Source: the human T2T-CHM13v2.0 reference genome, Homo sapiens
Assembly (NCBI RefSeq): GCF_009914755.1
Contig: NC_060929.1
Length of the DNA: 64,000 nucleotides
Direction: 5' to 3' (one strand)
Shown here: positions 1-16,887 of the stretch, piece by piece
How positions within the stretch are numbered: position 1 is the stretch's first letter
Layout of the letters: each line of letters starts with the position of its first letter
Program-made: the position numbers and the translations under genes
Notes under the pieces: model-generated
Database searches by the model: none
The model's input: the letters and a program-made list of their open reading frames with translations, nothing else
Told to the model about the DNA's origin: nothing

Positions 1-79
1 CGATGTCCTGACCTCATGATCCACCCGCCTCGGCCTCCCAAAGTGCTGGGATTACAGGCATGAGCCACCGCACCCAGCC
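1..79 (-). mobile_element. Alu, partial (window edge)
   Basis: Reverse-complement of Alu left end (cctcccaaagtgctgggattacaggcatgagccacc). Confidence 0.9.
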
Positions 80-692
80 CAACCATTTGATTTTAATGTG
101 GTTATTTCTATGGTTAAATTTAAAATTCACCATCTTGCTATTTTTTTATTCATATCATTTATTCTTTGTTCTATTTTTTCTTCACTCTCTTGTTTTGAAA
201 TAATAAAGCTTCTTCTATTTTTTCTTCACTGTCTTGTTTTGAAATAATAGAGCTTTTTTTAAATCATTCCATTTTACCTCCTTTGTTTGACTTTTAGCGA
301 TAACTCTTCGATTTATTAGTTAGGGTTTATGGTGTCTTATACTTACCACAGTGTGCTGTCAAGTACTAGTACACCTCTTTACATGCAGATAATAGCCCAA
401 CAGTACACTTTTGTTTCCTCCTCCCATCCATTATTTCTTTGTGATGTGTCACTTCTGCATATGTCATAACACCCACGTTATCTTATTTCTAATATTGCTT
501 TAAGTAGTCAATTACATTTTAAATAGTTGTAGAGAAAATAATCTCATACATACCCACGTATTCACTATTTCTGGTGTTCGTTTCTGTTAATGTAGATTTC
601 CATCTGGTATTTTATTTCTTCTGCTTAAAGAATTTTCTCTAATTTCCTATCAGGTAGATCAACTGGCAATGAATCATTTCACCTTTTCTATA

Positions 693-1027
693 CAGGTTGA
701 GTATTGCTTAACTAGAATATCCCTTGGGATCAAAAGTGATTTGGATTTCAGATTTTTTTATTTTTTATTTTTGAATGCTTACATATATGTATGTGATGAG
801 ATATCTTGGGGTTGGAACCCAAGTCTAAAACTTGAAATTCATTTATGGTTCATACATACTTTATGCAAATAGCCTGAAGGTAACTTTATTCAATGTTTTA
901 AATTTTGTACGTGAAACCAAGTTTATGTACATTGAACCATCAGAAAGCAAGGAAGTCACTATTTCATGTCATTGTTCAGAAAGTTGCAGGTTTTGGAGCA
1001 TTTTGGATTAGGGTTGCTCAAGCTTTG
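693..1027. mobile_element. MER46-like TcMar-Tigger DNA transposon remnant
   Basis: Starts TA-caggttgagta, has gatttcagatttttt core, ends ttgctcaagct (degenerate TIR). Confidence 0.55.
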
Positions 1028-1104
1028 TCAGAAGTTAATTTGCCTTCATTTTTGGAAGCTATTTTTGGTAATTTGCTAGGTTGACAGGATTTTTTTTTTC
1101 CTTA

Positions 1105-1458
<354 letters not shown>

Positions 1459-1587
1459 TTACAGCTGGGAGTCTGCTGCATTTTATCTTTGCTCCTCCCA
1501 TATGAAATGTTTTTCCCCTCTGGTGGCTTTTTAGATTTTCTCTTTTAAGCCATTTGGTTAAGATGTACATGTAATTTTCTTTTATGA

Positions 1588-1941
<354 letters not shown>

Positions 1942-3253
1942 TGAGTTTAGAGTTTTCATCAAACATAGACATTTTCTGCTGTTTTTTCTCGTGTAATACC
2001 TTGAGATACAATTCACACACTGTACAGCTCACCCATTTAAAGTGCCAGTTTAGTGGGTTTTGTATATTCACAGAGTTGTGCCACATTTGCCACAATCAGA
2101 ACATTTTCATCATCCCAAAAACGAACGCTGTACCCATTTAGCAGTCCTTCCTCTGACATTTAGGAACGAAGTCTAGCCTCAGTTCTGTGTGAACTTGGGG
2201 GTTGCTGCCTCCACCATCCTTTCAGGTGTTTTTTTCCCTCTGGCTCAGGTAGTTTCTCACATGCATGTGTCGATCAATACCCTGTTGACAACTTGAGCCA
2301 GGGAGTGGGGGGCCCCATCAGATCTCCAGACTTCTCTCTGTTCTCTTCTCTTCTCTCTGATGTTCTGCCTCTTGATTTCTAATCACCTTGGCTTCCCTGG
2401 ACTTTCTGTCTCTGGAACTCAGGGAGGATCACTGTCCTCTACCTGGGATTCCCCTCCTTGGGCTGCCTCCTGTAAGTGCTGTCCAAGGAGTAAGCTGAGA
2501 CAGTTATAGGGTCTACCCTGTTTGTTTCCCACCCTTCAGGAATGACTCTCCTGCATTGGTTGGTGTCTCATCTTAGAAATTTGCTGATTCATGTATATTA
2601 TCTGATACGATGGTTGTCACAGGTGGCATGGTAAATTTAGTTCCTGTTACTCTTATCTTGGTTGGAAGTCTCAAGGTCGCGTTTTCTTCAGCCAATAGAA
2701 AATTAATCAGTTCTGAAAGACTGGTATGTTTTTATTACATTTGTTTCATTCTCTCTCAGATTAGATCCTGAACCAGTAAGGAGATTATGGGGAACATTCT
2801 TAGATTGTAGAAACCATTGACAATTTATCAAGAAGTGTCAAAGTGCAGATTTACTGTTGCATTGAAAGGTTTTATCATTCTGTTCTTAGTCACTGAATCT
2901 TATGCCTACTACTATTTGATTATAAAGGTCTGACTTACTATCTGAAGCGTTTCTGGGCAAGTGTTTTTACTTGTTACCATATAATACAAAATGCTGCTTA
3001 GCCATGTGGTTCTTCATGCAGTTATCACTAGGGTACTCAGTTCTTAAAACTCAGCTAAGAGTACCTTGTGTTCCTTTTTGTTTTTAGGCAAAATTCTTGT
3101 TTTCTGGAGATATGAACAGCCTCTGAGATAGTAGAATTTGTGTTATTTTGCATAAGTCCAAACCAGTCATGACGTTCAGATATTGGATTTATCATTACTA
3201 TAAATTAATCATATTTCCCTCTCATATCTGAGATCATTTTAAAGGATAAATTT

Positions 3254-3566
<313 letters not shown>

Positions 3567-3816
3567 CTAAAAATAAAGATGCACTCTAAGTAGTATTGGT
3601 ACATTAACTTTTTATTTTAACCTGCTAAGTGAGGAGCTTATAACTTAATCATAGCAATGAATCGTAGAATAGGTAAGATTTCCTGTTAACCCCTTCTCAC
3701 AAGTTTTTGGATAATAATTTAAGTTACTCATAAAAACATCTAAATCTTACTGAAATCTACAGAACAAAATGTAGAGAAAACTATATAATCCGTTCCTGTA
3801 TTTTTTTCTCTTACAG

Positions 3817-4003
3817 GAAAAGTAAGAAGCTTAAGCGCATCTTTGTGGTCACTAACTCACCTGACAGCTTTGCATTTGAGTGACAATTCCCTGTCCCGAA
3901 TTCCTTCAGACATTGCCAAGCTTCACAATCTGGTGTATTTGGACCTGTCATCTAATAAAATTCGTAGCTTACCCGCAGAACTCGGAAACATGGTATCACT
4001 CAG
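3817..4003 (+). CDS. CNOT6: CNOT6 coding exon (LRR domain; probably exon 3), 187 nt
   Basis: ttacag|GA...CTCAG|gtatgc; translates GKVRSLSASLWSLTHLTALHLSDNSLSRIPSDIAKLHNLVYLDLSSNKIRSLPAELGNMVSLR. Confidence 0.97.
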
Positions 4004-4058
4004 GTATGCAGATTCAACTTAATACATACTAGCTATATGACCCCTAAAACAAAATATA

Positions 4059-4357
4059 GGCCGGGCGCAGTGGCTTATGCCTGTAATTCTAGCGTTTTGG
4101 GAGGCTGCGAGAGGATCATGAGGTCAGGAGATCGAGACCATTCTGGCCAACATGGTGAAACCCCATCTCTACTAAAAATACAAAAAATTAGCCAGGCGTG
4201 GTGGCGGGCACCTGTAGTCCCAGCTACTCGGGAGGCTGAGGCAGGAGAACAGTGTGAACCCGGGAGGTGGAGTGGCAGTGAGCCGAGATCACACCGCTGC
4301 ACTCCAGCCTGGGTGACAGAGCGAGAGTCCATCTCAAAAAAAACAAAAACAAAAAAA
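4059..4357 (+). mobile_element. AluSc/Y
   Basis: Alu consensus with A-rich tail. Confidence 0.95.
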
Positions 4358-4754
4358 CATTTGTTGTGTTAGGAAACAAAACTGTTCATTTAATGGTATT
4401 TGAATAAAAGGAAACATAACTATATCCTTTATAACTTTATAGTTTTGTTTTTGGGAAAATTGAATGTCAGCTAATAATAAATTAAGTAGATCATTGGCTG
4501 AATTTTTTAATTACTGTATTTTGTGTAATAGACTTTATTTTTGAATGAGAAAGTTTGGACAGAGAGTGGGTAGACTGCAAGGTGCTTATGTTATCCCACA
4601 TACTTCCTCATGACAAACAGGGCACCATACCATCCTTAACACAGGGTCCAGGAAACCATTGCCAGTTGGTGAAACCTTTTTGCCATCCCAGGGCTTGTAT
4701 GTTTGATAGTAGTAAAGCCTGGACTTGAAGGAGCTATAATTATTAAATTTGGGG

Positions 4755-4945
4755 GCCTGTAGCATGAAATATATAGCATTTGGATTCACATGTGTAAGTT
4801 CAGGTTGGAATCTTAACTTTGCCATTTATGAGTTGTGTGATCTTGGACAACCTTCTTGACCCAGGATAAGGGATGTTTGAGATAATGGGTAAAAAAACAC
4901 TAGTACCTTGCCTGGCATATACTGTGTTTTAAGAAATGGTAATTG
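4755..4945 (+). mobile_element. MIR remnant
   Basis: MIR core-like ggttggaatcttaactttgccatttatgagttgtgtgatcttggacaa. Confidence 0.55.
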
Positions 4946-4947
4946 CA

Positions 4948-5472
<525 letters not shown>

Positions 5473-5746
5473 TAACCAAGTTAATATAAAGCTAAATTCC
5501 ATGTATTATGTTAATCCCAATGGAATATTTTGTACTATTTCATGTTAACTGACTTTTTGACATGGTTCCACTGGCTTTCCTGCTGCCTTCTGCCATTAGC
5601 CATGTAGTAAAAAGGAATAAGGACCTTTTGAAAGGTCTTTGCCTCTATTGCTCCTACTCCAGCCTTTTGACTTTTTTTTAGGTTTAATTGAGTTTGTTCT
5701 ATGACTGTTTTTAGTCCTCTGAAACAAATTTACTTGAAGGACCTCC

Positions 5747-6054
5747 TTTTTCTTTTTCTTTTTTTTTTTTTGGAGACGGAATTTTACTCTTGTCGCCCAG
5801 ACTGGAGTGCAATAGTGTGATCTCGGCTCACTGCAACCTCTGCCTCCGGGTTCAAGTGATTTTCCTGCCTCAGCCTTTCAAGTAGCTGGGATTACAAGCG
5901 TGTGCCACCATGCCCAGCTAATTTTTGTATTTGTAGTAGAGACAGGGTTTCACCATGTTGGCCAGGCTAGTCTCAAACTCCTGACCTCAAATGATCTGCC
6001 TGCCTCGGCCTCCCAAAGTGCTGGGATTACAGGCGTGAGCCACCGTGCCCAGCC
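5747..6054 (-). mobile_element. AluS
   Basis: Full Alu, TSD ggacctccttttt. Confidence 0.95.
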
Positions 6055-6243
6055 CGAGGGACCTCCTTTTTTCTGTATATTGTATTTGGAAATAAACAGG
6101 AGCCAGATATCAGAACTTGCTCTTCTTGTTGAGTTTACAGCCACACAGACCTTCTGGCTTGCTCAGTAACCAAGATTCATTTAAATGTCAAAAACCAAAG
6201 ATTATAGAAATAGATTTCTTGCACACTTAAAAAGTGACAAATA

Positions 6244-6687
<444 letters not shown>

Positions 6688-7269
6688 TTAAGAATAATCA
6701 TGAACAGTTAATACAGCTGCTGTTATTTTTTAAATGCAACTTTAGTTGATAGCAATCATAAGCTTAATTATGCAGCTGTTACGAGCTCTTTTGAGTCGTT
6801 AACGAAATGATCATTTTAGTTCTCTTTTAAGAATTCACATGGTAGGCTGCTTTATCATTTCCACTTTCTTAAATGTGTAGTAGACCCCATGTGTACTAGA
6901 CCAGTGATACTCAGTGTGGTCTGTGACCTGGTGCCAGTTTGCAAACTGTCTTGCCAGTCTGCAGTGAGATTAATACAGCAGTTGAGGAATTTTATATGTC
7001 TGTTAAATCTAATACTTTTTAAAAATTGGGTCTTACATTTTGTCCTTTTCCCCCATTATTTCATTTTCTCTAGTAATTTGTTTCTTGTATTCTCTGGCAG
7101 TTTTTTTTTTTAAACCACATGTTATTTAAGAAACGCAGTACTAGACATTGAAATATAACGTAACATTTTTTCATTCTTAGGTGCTTATGTTCCTAGAAAC
7201 TATGTTGTTGATTTTAACTGTTAAAGGCTAACATATTTTTCTGACTTCCTGGAATTTTTACATCAACAG

Positions 7270-7355
7270 GGAGCTCCATTTAAATAACAACCTGTTACGA
7301 GTTCTACCTTTTGAGCTGGGAAAACTGTTTCAGTTGCAGACTTTAGGCCTGAAAG
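7270..7355 (+). CDS. CNOT6: CNOT6 coding exon (LRR), 86 nt
   Basis: caacag|G GAG...AAA G|gtatga; ELHLNNNLLRVLPFELGKLFQLQTLGLK. Confidence 0.97.
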
Positions 7356-8019
7356 GTATGACTTCCATATTTGTACTTCTTATGGTTTGTGTATATGTCT
7401 TTGAATCTAAAGAAGCCAAGAAGCTTTCTGCTAGGGGATTCTTTTAAAGACTCATTTTCCCCCAGACTTCATCAGTTTCTTAGCTATATCGCAATGGTTT
7501 TATCTTCTCTGTTCAGCTGTAGACTATCTACTAGTCTTTGTTTTCTTTTTTTTTGCTCCGGACCCAGCCCTTCTTTTCTAGCCTCTGTTTTAATAAACCC
7601 TGTGTTCTGGTGATACATCCCTGAGGCTATGCTTTATTTCATCATGTTATAAACAGCTGTTTTTCTTAGATTCAAATCTCAAAAAACATGGAGCCTCTCA
7701 TATAGTACAGAAAACAGGAAGTCGAAAATGTTGACCATTTGAACCTGCTGATGATCAAGATTTAAGCATATTTAAAAAAACTTGATTTATGAGGACTTGT
7801 GATTATAGGGCCATAATTGATCCAGCAAGAACTATTAGGAAATAAATATTTTTTAAGCCAACAATATTGAAAGTTATATTTTGACAGTATGTCAATGCCT
7901 ATAAATTTTTTATCATGTTAAGCAGTTCTTCACCAGCCTTGGGTAGGTGTGTCTAGCCTACTGTACAGTTGCTTCTTCAAAAAAGTCACTAGATGAAGTC
8001 GTCAAGATTTGCACCCTTA

Positions 8020-8316
8020 GGCCGGGCACAGTGGCTCACACCTGTAATCACAAAACTTTGGGAGGCTGAGGTGGGTGGATATCTTGAGGCCAAGAGTTCA
8101 AGACCAGCATGAGCAACATGGCAAAACCCAATCTCTACCAAAAATACAAAAGTCAGCTTGGCATGGTGGTTCCCACCTGTAGTACCACCTACTTGGGAGG
8201 CTGAGGCATGAGACTTGCTTGAACCTGGGAAGCAGAGGTTGAAGTGAGGTGACATTGTGGCATTGCACTCCAGCCTGGGTGACAGAGCGAGACTCTGTCT
8301 TAAAAAAAAAAAAAAA
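8020..8316 (+). mobile_element. AluS/J
   Basis: Full Alu, TSD ttgcac(c/t)cttag. Confidence 0.95.
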
Positions 8317-8894
8317 GGAATTGCACTCTTAGTTTCTTAAAAATACAGTTATATAAAAGGTTTTAGTCCTGTAAATATTTTATATATCATAAAAGAACAG
8401 TTTTTTTTAAATAAATAGAAATATATGTTTTAAAATGTACGGAAAGTCATATTCAACAGATATCAACATTGTAAATGGTTTGTAATGTTTTTTTCTGTGT
8501 GGGCTGAACTAGCTAAGGCTTCTAAATATAAAGGCCAGTGAAATGCAAGATGAAGATGCCCTTTTCTGTTATATTTCCCAGTCTAGCTGTTTCTAAATTT
8601 GAAGAACAGAAAAGTACTGTGTGGCAAAGTGTCCATATACTGACTGCCAGAATTAACAGTGAATACTTTATCATTTTTGTGTATAATTTTTTTAATGCAA
8701 AAGAAATGGAACATTACAGAATGTTGAGACCCTCTTTGTTCTTCCAGTCTTCCTCATGGCGGAGGTATGTTTTTCCAATTCAAGGTTTTCCTAATCTTAC
8801 ACTATATATTTTACAAACTGTAATTTGTAATTCGTACTCACTAAGGCTTTTCACAAACTTTATTTGAAGTTAGGGTCACCAGTCACAAATTTGC

Positions 8895-9190
8895 TTTTTT
8901 TTTTTTTTGAGAGAGAGTCTCTTGTCGCCCAGGCTAGAGTGCAGTGGCATCATGATATCGGCTCACTGCAGCCTCCTTCTCCCTGGTTGAAGCAATTCTT
9001 CTGCTTCAGCCTCCCGAGTAGCTGAGATTACAGGCACCCACCACCATGCCCAGCTAATTTTTTGTGTTTTTAGCAGAGACGAGATTTCACCTGTTGGCTA
9101 GGCTGGTCTCAAACTCCTGACCTCAAGTCATTTGCCCTCCTTGGCCTCCCAAATTGCTGGGATTACAGGCGTGAGCCACTGCACCAGGCC
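8895..9190 (-). mobile_element. AluS
   Basis: Full Alu with poly(T). Confidence 0.95.
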
Positions 9191-10034
9191 ATAAATTTTC
9201 ATACTGATTTAATGTACAGGAAAGCCTCTAAGTGTAAATGCCTGCAGCAGTAGGGCAGTTCTTTATGACTCCTTCATTTTTGATGATCCCTTGCTTTTCC
9301 ATTTCAGATGCTTTACTTTATCACCTCTAGACATCTGTGTTTATTTCTTGGAAGTGTAGTTTCAAAGAGACATTTGCTTATCTCACATATCCTGCTGGAC
9401 AGCATTACACATCTGTAATAGCAGTCTTCTTTTACTGGTTTTACTTCCTTTGGACAAATCCTTTTATTTTTTCTGAGCTTTTGCAGTTTACACTTTAATT
9501 CTAATGTTGTGTCGGAACATTGGGTGGAATGATCCGTTTGGGGGTAGAGCTGCTGCTTTACTTCTTAAAGCAATTGTATCATCTTTGCCCTCTGAAAACT
9601 ATCATTGATTTCTCCCGGCATCCGCTTGGAAGAGAGAAAATAATATCACTTAGTTCAGAGTCATGTTTGTTTGCTATTATACGTCATACATTCTTGCAGA
9701 ACCAAAGTATTTCTGCCTCATGAATCAGTTCATACCATTTTCTTTGAAGTTGTTGCAGAATGGCTGGCAGGCTTCACTTTTTCCCCCCACATTTTTAAAT
9801 ACTCTTCAAAATTGTGCCGCAGTACTACAGTTAAAGGCAGGACTGTGACCTTAGGTGCCCATTCACTTTTTTTCCTTAAACTGTTTATTTTGAGATACTT
9901 GTAGATTCACATGCACTTACAAGAAATAATACAGAACAATCCTATCCCCTTTACCCAACTCCCTCCAATAGTAGCATCTTTCAAAACTATAGTTTCACGT
10001 TATCGTACATAGAACAGTCAAGACACAGAATATT

Positions 10035-10435
10035 TTGTGAAATAAGCCAGACACAGACAAATACAACATGATCTCATTTATGTGTGAAGTCTTTAAAAGT
10101 CAAACTCATAGAAGTAGAGTGTAGAATGGTTGTTCCCAGAGGCTTGGGGACGGGGGACAGAGTGGAAAGGAGAGGTGTTGGTCAGAGGGTGCGCAGTTTC
10201 ATTTACACAGGGGGAATAGGTCTGGTGATCTGTTGCATAGCATAGTAACTATAGTTAATAATAATGTGTATTTTTTAACAGCTAAAAGAATGGATATTAA
10301 ATGTTTTCACCACAAATAAGTATTCGAGGTGGTGGATATGTTGATTAGCCTGATTTGATCATTCCACAATGCATAACTGTGTGGAAACATCACATTGTTC
10401 CCCATAAACATACACAATTATATGTCCATTTAGAA
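10035..10435 (+). mobile_element. L1MA-type 3' end fragment
   Basis: gtgaaataagccagacacag...aaagtcaaactcatagaagtagag typical of L1M 3'UTR. Confidence 0.75.
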
Positions 10436-10556
10436 AAGGATGTAGAACATCTCTATCACCAGAAGATCCTTTTGTTACACTCTTATAGCCACACCTACTT
10501 TGTTCCTGCCCCAGCTCACTGCTTCTAAGTTTTGCTATTTTAAGAATGCTACCATC

Positions 10557-10872
<316 letters not shown>

Positions 10873-12694
10873 TCATACTGTATGCGGTCTTTTGAGATGG
10901 GCTTTTCCACTCAGGTTAATTATTTGGATATTTGTCCTGGTTGCATGTATTGATAGTTTGTTCCTTTAAATAGACAAAAGTAGTAGTCTATGATATAAAT
11001 GTCTCGTGGTTAGTTTAACCATTTACCTGCTGAAGGAAATCTGGGTGGCTTCTAATTTGGGGCTGTTACAAATAAAGTTGCTGTGAACATTCAGTGTGCA
11101 GGTTATTGTGTGAATATAGTTATTCATTTCTCTAGGATAAATGTCCAGGAGTGCAGTTACTGGGTCATTTGAGGGTTGTATATTTAATTTTTTAAGAAAT
11201 TGCTAAGTGGTTTTCTGTAGTGTAAGTACTGCTTTACATTGTAAAGTGATTCACTTTCTCTGCATCCTCACCAGCATTTGGTGTTGTGACTGTTTTTATG
11301 TTAGCCATTCTGGTAGATGTGTAGTCATTTCATGGTTTTGATTTACATTTCCCCAATAAAGATACCCAACATCTTTGCAGGTGCTTATTTGTCATCTGTA
11401 ATGTTTTTCTTCTGTGACATTTCTTCTTGTCATTGTCCATGTTCTAATTAGATTATTTGCTTTTTTACTGGGAGTCCTTTATATATTCTAGGTACGAGTC
11501 GTTGGTGGAATATGTGGTTTACACATATTTCTCTCAGTATGTAGCTTTTTACAAGGTCATTGCACAGCAAAAGTTTTTAATTTTAATGAAGCCCAGTTTA
11601 TCAGTTTTTTCTTCTGTGGATCCTGATTCTTGTTTCAAGTCTAAGAACTCTTTGAATAGCTCTAAGTCCCAAAGATTTTCCTCTTAGGTTTTCTTTTAAA
11701 AGTTTTATGGTCTTATGTTACATTTAAGTCTATGATCCATTTTGACTTACGATTGAGTTAAAAGATGTGAGGATTAGCTCAAGGTTCTTTTTGTGTGTGT
11801 GTGGCCTGTCGATGTCCAGTTGCTCCAGCAGCATTATTGAAAGATGATCTTACCTTCATTGAATTGCTTTTGCATCTTTGGCAAAAATCAGTTGAGCATA
11901 TCTGTGTGAATCTGTTTCTGGATTTTTTATTCTGTTTCATTGATCTATGTGTCCATCCTTCCGCCAACATCTGCAAAACCAGTTCTGAGGCCCCAGGAAG
12001 GAATCGGCTCTTTGAGCCTCAGAAGGGTACAGCTGTGCGTGGCCACAGGGAACACACTCCAGGCTACTGGGGTCTAGTGATGAGGCACTTTTGTCAGGAC
12101 GTGGTCCACAGAGAGGAGAAAAGAAATGTTCTTTAGTCTCAGAGGCCAAGACAGACGCATGGGAGGAGAGGGAGATGGCAAGGACCTGGATAACTGGAGG
12201 CGTGATGAATGGAGAGTCTGGTGCAGGATCCATGCCACGGGAGGAGGCCCCTGTGGAGAGTGAGACCTTGGGCGGTTAGGGCTGGCCGGACTGGGCCCCC
12301 TGCTCCTCACAGTGTGACCTAAAGCCGCGGCCTGGTATCTAGTGCTTTCCAGCGTAGCCCAGGAAGGCGCGCCCTCCTTCGGCAGAAACACCTTAAAAAA
12401 AAAAACAAAAAACCTGCTATTGCTTTTTAGACAGAAACAATATGGAGACTTTTATTTCATTGAGTTCTGCTCTTTAGTATTTCCTTCCTTCCTTCTTGTG
12501 TTTGCTTTTTTTTTTTCCTAGCTTCTTGAGGCGATAGCTTAGATTATTGAATTGAGGCTTCTGTCTTTATTGAGACTTTTGTCTTCATGCATTTAATGTA
12601 GAAATTTTCCTCCCAACCCTGCTTTAGAAGCTATGTCCAGCAACAAATTTTGATATTTGTATTTTTATTTTCACTAGCTCAGTATATTTTATTT

Positions 12695-12825
12695 GTTTGT
12701 TTATTATTTTGGGACGAGGTCTGGCTGTGTTACCCAGGTTGGCTTCCGACTCTTGAGGCCCAAGCAATCCCCCCACCTCAGCCTCTGAAGCAGGTGGGAC
12801 TACAAGCACTTTACCCCCGGCTTGG
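12695..12825 (-). mobile_element. Alu monomer (FLAM-like)
   Basis: Diverged reverse Alu arm. Confidence 0.75.
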
Positions 12826-13834
12826 TTCTCGATTTTTAATATGATTTCAGTGTGGTCAGAAAGTGAACGTTCTGTGTGATTTCAATTCTTTTCCATTTGT
12901 TGAAGTTTGTTTGATGGCCTAGGATATGGTCCATCCTGGCATATGTTTCTTGGGTACTGGAAAAGAATGTGTTTTCTGTTTTTGGGTAGAATGTTCTATA
13001 AATATCTATTAGCTCCTGTATATTAACTTAATGTCTGTTAGGTCGATGGTAGTGAGGTTTTTGTCGTGTTCTGTCAGTTGTGGAGAGAGAAGTGTTAAAG
13101 TCTCCAACAATAATTGTAGACTCTGTTTTCCTTTTAGTTCTCTCAGTTTTTGCATAAAATATTTTGTGCTTCTCTTGTTTGGAAGCACACTTAGAATTGC
13201 TGTGTCTTCTTGAGGGATTGAGCCTTTATTATTACATAATGTTATTTTCTATCTCTGGCAATTTTATTTCCTCTGATGTCCACTTTATCTGATATTAATA
13301 TAACCACTCCTGCTTTCCTTTGATCAACTTTTGCATTATATATCTCTTGCCATTCCTTTCTTGCCTCTATTATTACATCTGAAGTGAGTTTCTGTGGACA
13401 GTATATAGTTGGGTCATATTTTTAAATCCATTCTACCAGTCTTTTAATTGGTATATTTAGACCATTTACATTTAAAGTTAATTAGTAAGTTAGGGTGTAA
13501 GTCGTAAGTCTGCCATTTTATTTTTTTGTTTTCTGTTTCTTCATCTTTTGTCTTTTTCTCTTTGCTTCTGCCTGCCTATGGGTTACTGAAACATTTTTTA
13601 GATTCCATTTTGATTTTTCTGTAGTGGTTTGAGTGTGTCTGTTTGTATAGATGTTTCATGGTTCCTCTGGGTATCACACTAGATGTATAACTTACCACAG
13701 TCTATTGGGGGTTATTTTACCAGTTCAAGGGAAATATCAAACCTTAGCTCTCTTTACATCCTTTTATTCACTGCCATTGATAACAGTTCAGAATATTTTC
13801 TTTACATAAATTTAGAATCACATTAGTTTTATGA

Positions 13835-14129
13835 TTTTTTTTTTTTTTTTTGAGACAGAGTCTCGCTCTGTTGCCCATGCTAGAGTGCAGTGGCGCGATC
13901 TCGGCTCACTGCAAGTTCCGCCTCCTGGGTTCAAACGATTCTCCTACCTTGCCTTCCAAGTAGCTGGGATTACAGGCACCCACCACCATGCCCGGCTAAT
14001 TTTTGAATTTTAATAGAGACGAGGTTTCACCATGTTGGTCAGGCTGGTCTTGAACTCCTGACCTCATGATCCACCCACTTCGCCCTCCCAAAGTGCTGGG
14101 ATTACAGGTGTGAGCCACCGTATTGGGCC
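13835..14129 (-). mobile_element. AluS
   Basis: Full Alu with poly(T). Confidence 0.95.
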
Positions 14130-14765
14130 AAAATTTTTTAAACTGTCAAACGTGATTTAGAAAACTTAAGGAAATCTCGTATTTGCCCATATTTTTTTGT
14201 TTACCTATATTGTTTTCTTCTTCCAAAGTCCTTCTTTTATCATTTCCTTTGTATTTAGAGAACTTTTTCTAGTGGTTCCCTTTGGGTAGATCTGCTGGCA
14301 GCAGATTCTGTTAGTTTTTTGTCCTCTGAGATTGTCTTTATTTCTCCTTCATTCCTGAAGGATGTTTTCACTGGATATAAGAATCTGGGTTTGACAGTTC
14401 TTTCGACACCTGAAAAATATTTTGCTGCTTCCTTCTGGCTTCCATGGCTTATCATGACAAATCTTTCGTCATTCCAATTTGTTTTTCTCCTGCAGGTAAG
14501 GTGTCATTTTTCTCCGGCTGCTTTCAAGATGTTTTTTCTTTGTCTTTAGTTTTCAGAAGTTTAATTATGATGTGTCTTGCTGTGGATTCCTTTGGGTTTT
14601 TCTTGTGTAGGGGTTCACTGTGCTTCTTGAATCTGTTGGTTTATATTTATTGCCATATTGTGAGAATCTTCAGCCATTATTGCTTTGAGTACTTTTTCAG
14701 CCCTGTCCTCCGTGTCCTCAGCGTCCAAGGCTCTGATGACATGAATGTTAGATCTTTTGTTATAG

Positions 14766-15140
<375 letters not shown>

Positions 15141-15242
15141 TTCATTTATTTTATTTTTCAGTTCTAATATTTCCATTTGGTTTTAAATGTTTTATTTGCC
15201 TGAACTTTGTTTCTTTGCTCAGTCTTCCTGTTTTCTTGTGTG

Positions 15243-15246
<4 letters not shown>

Positions 15247-15274
<28 letters not shown>
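15247..15274. repeat. (TG)n microsatellite
   Basis: Pure TG run. Confidence 0.95.
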
Positions 15275-15279
<5 letters not shown>

Positions 15280-16339
15280 AGCATGTTTTTAATTTCTCAT
15301 TGAAGCATTTTTGTCATGATTCCTTTGTCTTGGTTGGGTAATTCTGTTTCTGTCATCTCAGGGTTGGAAGTTGTGTTTATCTTTTTGCATTTGATATCTT
15401 CGTGTCTTGGTGTGATGAGCTATTTTCATTTGAAACTGGACTCACTCATGTTATGAAACTCTAGATCTTGTTTAAACCCTTTAGTTTGGTTTTCTTTGCC
15501 TAGCACTGCTGTGACAAGGGAACCAGGCACTGTCTCCTTACTGCCAGTGGAGGTAGAAGTTCAGGTTCCACTTGGCCTTCGCTGACACCTGGGAGTGGGG
15601 GCTCCTCGTTGCTTCTGGTGGAGGTGGTAGTTTTGGCTCTTCACGCGGCCTCCACAGGCACCGCACTGGCGTGTCCTCTTTATTGCAGGGAGATGGTGAA
15701 AGTCTTGACTCTCCTTGGCCTCCTCTGACACCACCTCAGAGGGAGGAAGGGAGCTCCATATCGCCTCCTTTCTTTCTCTTGCAGCAGAAGTCTACCAGCC
15801 TCTCCACTTGCTCATGCTGGCATGGGTAGAGATGGGACCACGTTTTTTTCTTTAGTGTTAAGCTTGAGTACAGTGGTTCTTATCTAAAACTTTTGTCCTT
15901 TTAGGCAGCCCTTCCCTGGTCCTTTGGCTTTTGTTGGGATTCTTTTGGGTCTGTACCCATTGGTATTTCCATGTTACTGGCTTCTTAGCTGCATGTCTGG
16001 CATATCTGAGGCAAAAAGTGAACCCAGGGAACTCATCCCTGTGCCGTTCGTCAGGTCCTGCAGTCTTTGGCTATTCTGCCTTCTCTCCTTTTTTCAGAGT
16101 TTTGTGTTTGCTTTACACATAATATACAGTGCTTTTAGTTGTACCTAGTGGGAAGAATAGGGAAAAGTGTTTTTACTCCATCTACCCTAAAGTAACTTCT
16201 CATTTACTTTTTTGTTCTTTCTCAGGACTCAGTATAGTTTTAATTCCAGAATTTTATTGTTATTGACTTTATTCATATATATTGTTTTCTGTTTCCAAGT
16301 AGTGAAGAGCAGATTAATTTTCAATTTAAAAGAAGTCCT

Positions 16340-16887
<548 letters not shown>

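Noticed and set aside
12074-12215. Two box C-like GTGATGA motifs in the GC-rich insert (possible C/D snoRNA)
   Set aside because: No suitably placed CTGA box D or terminal stem found.
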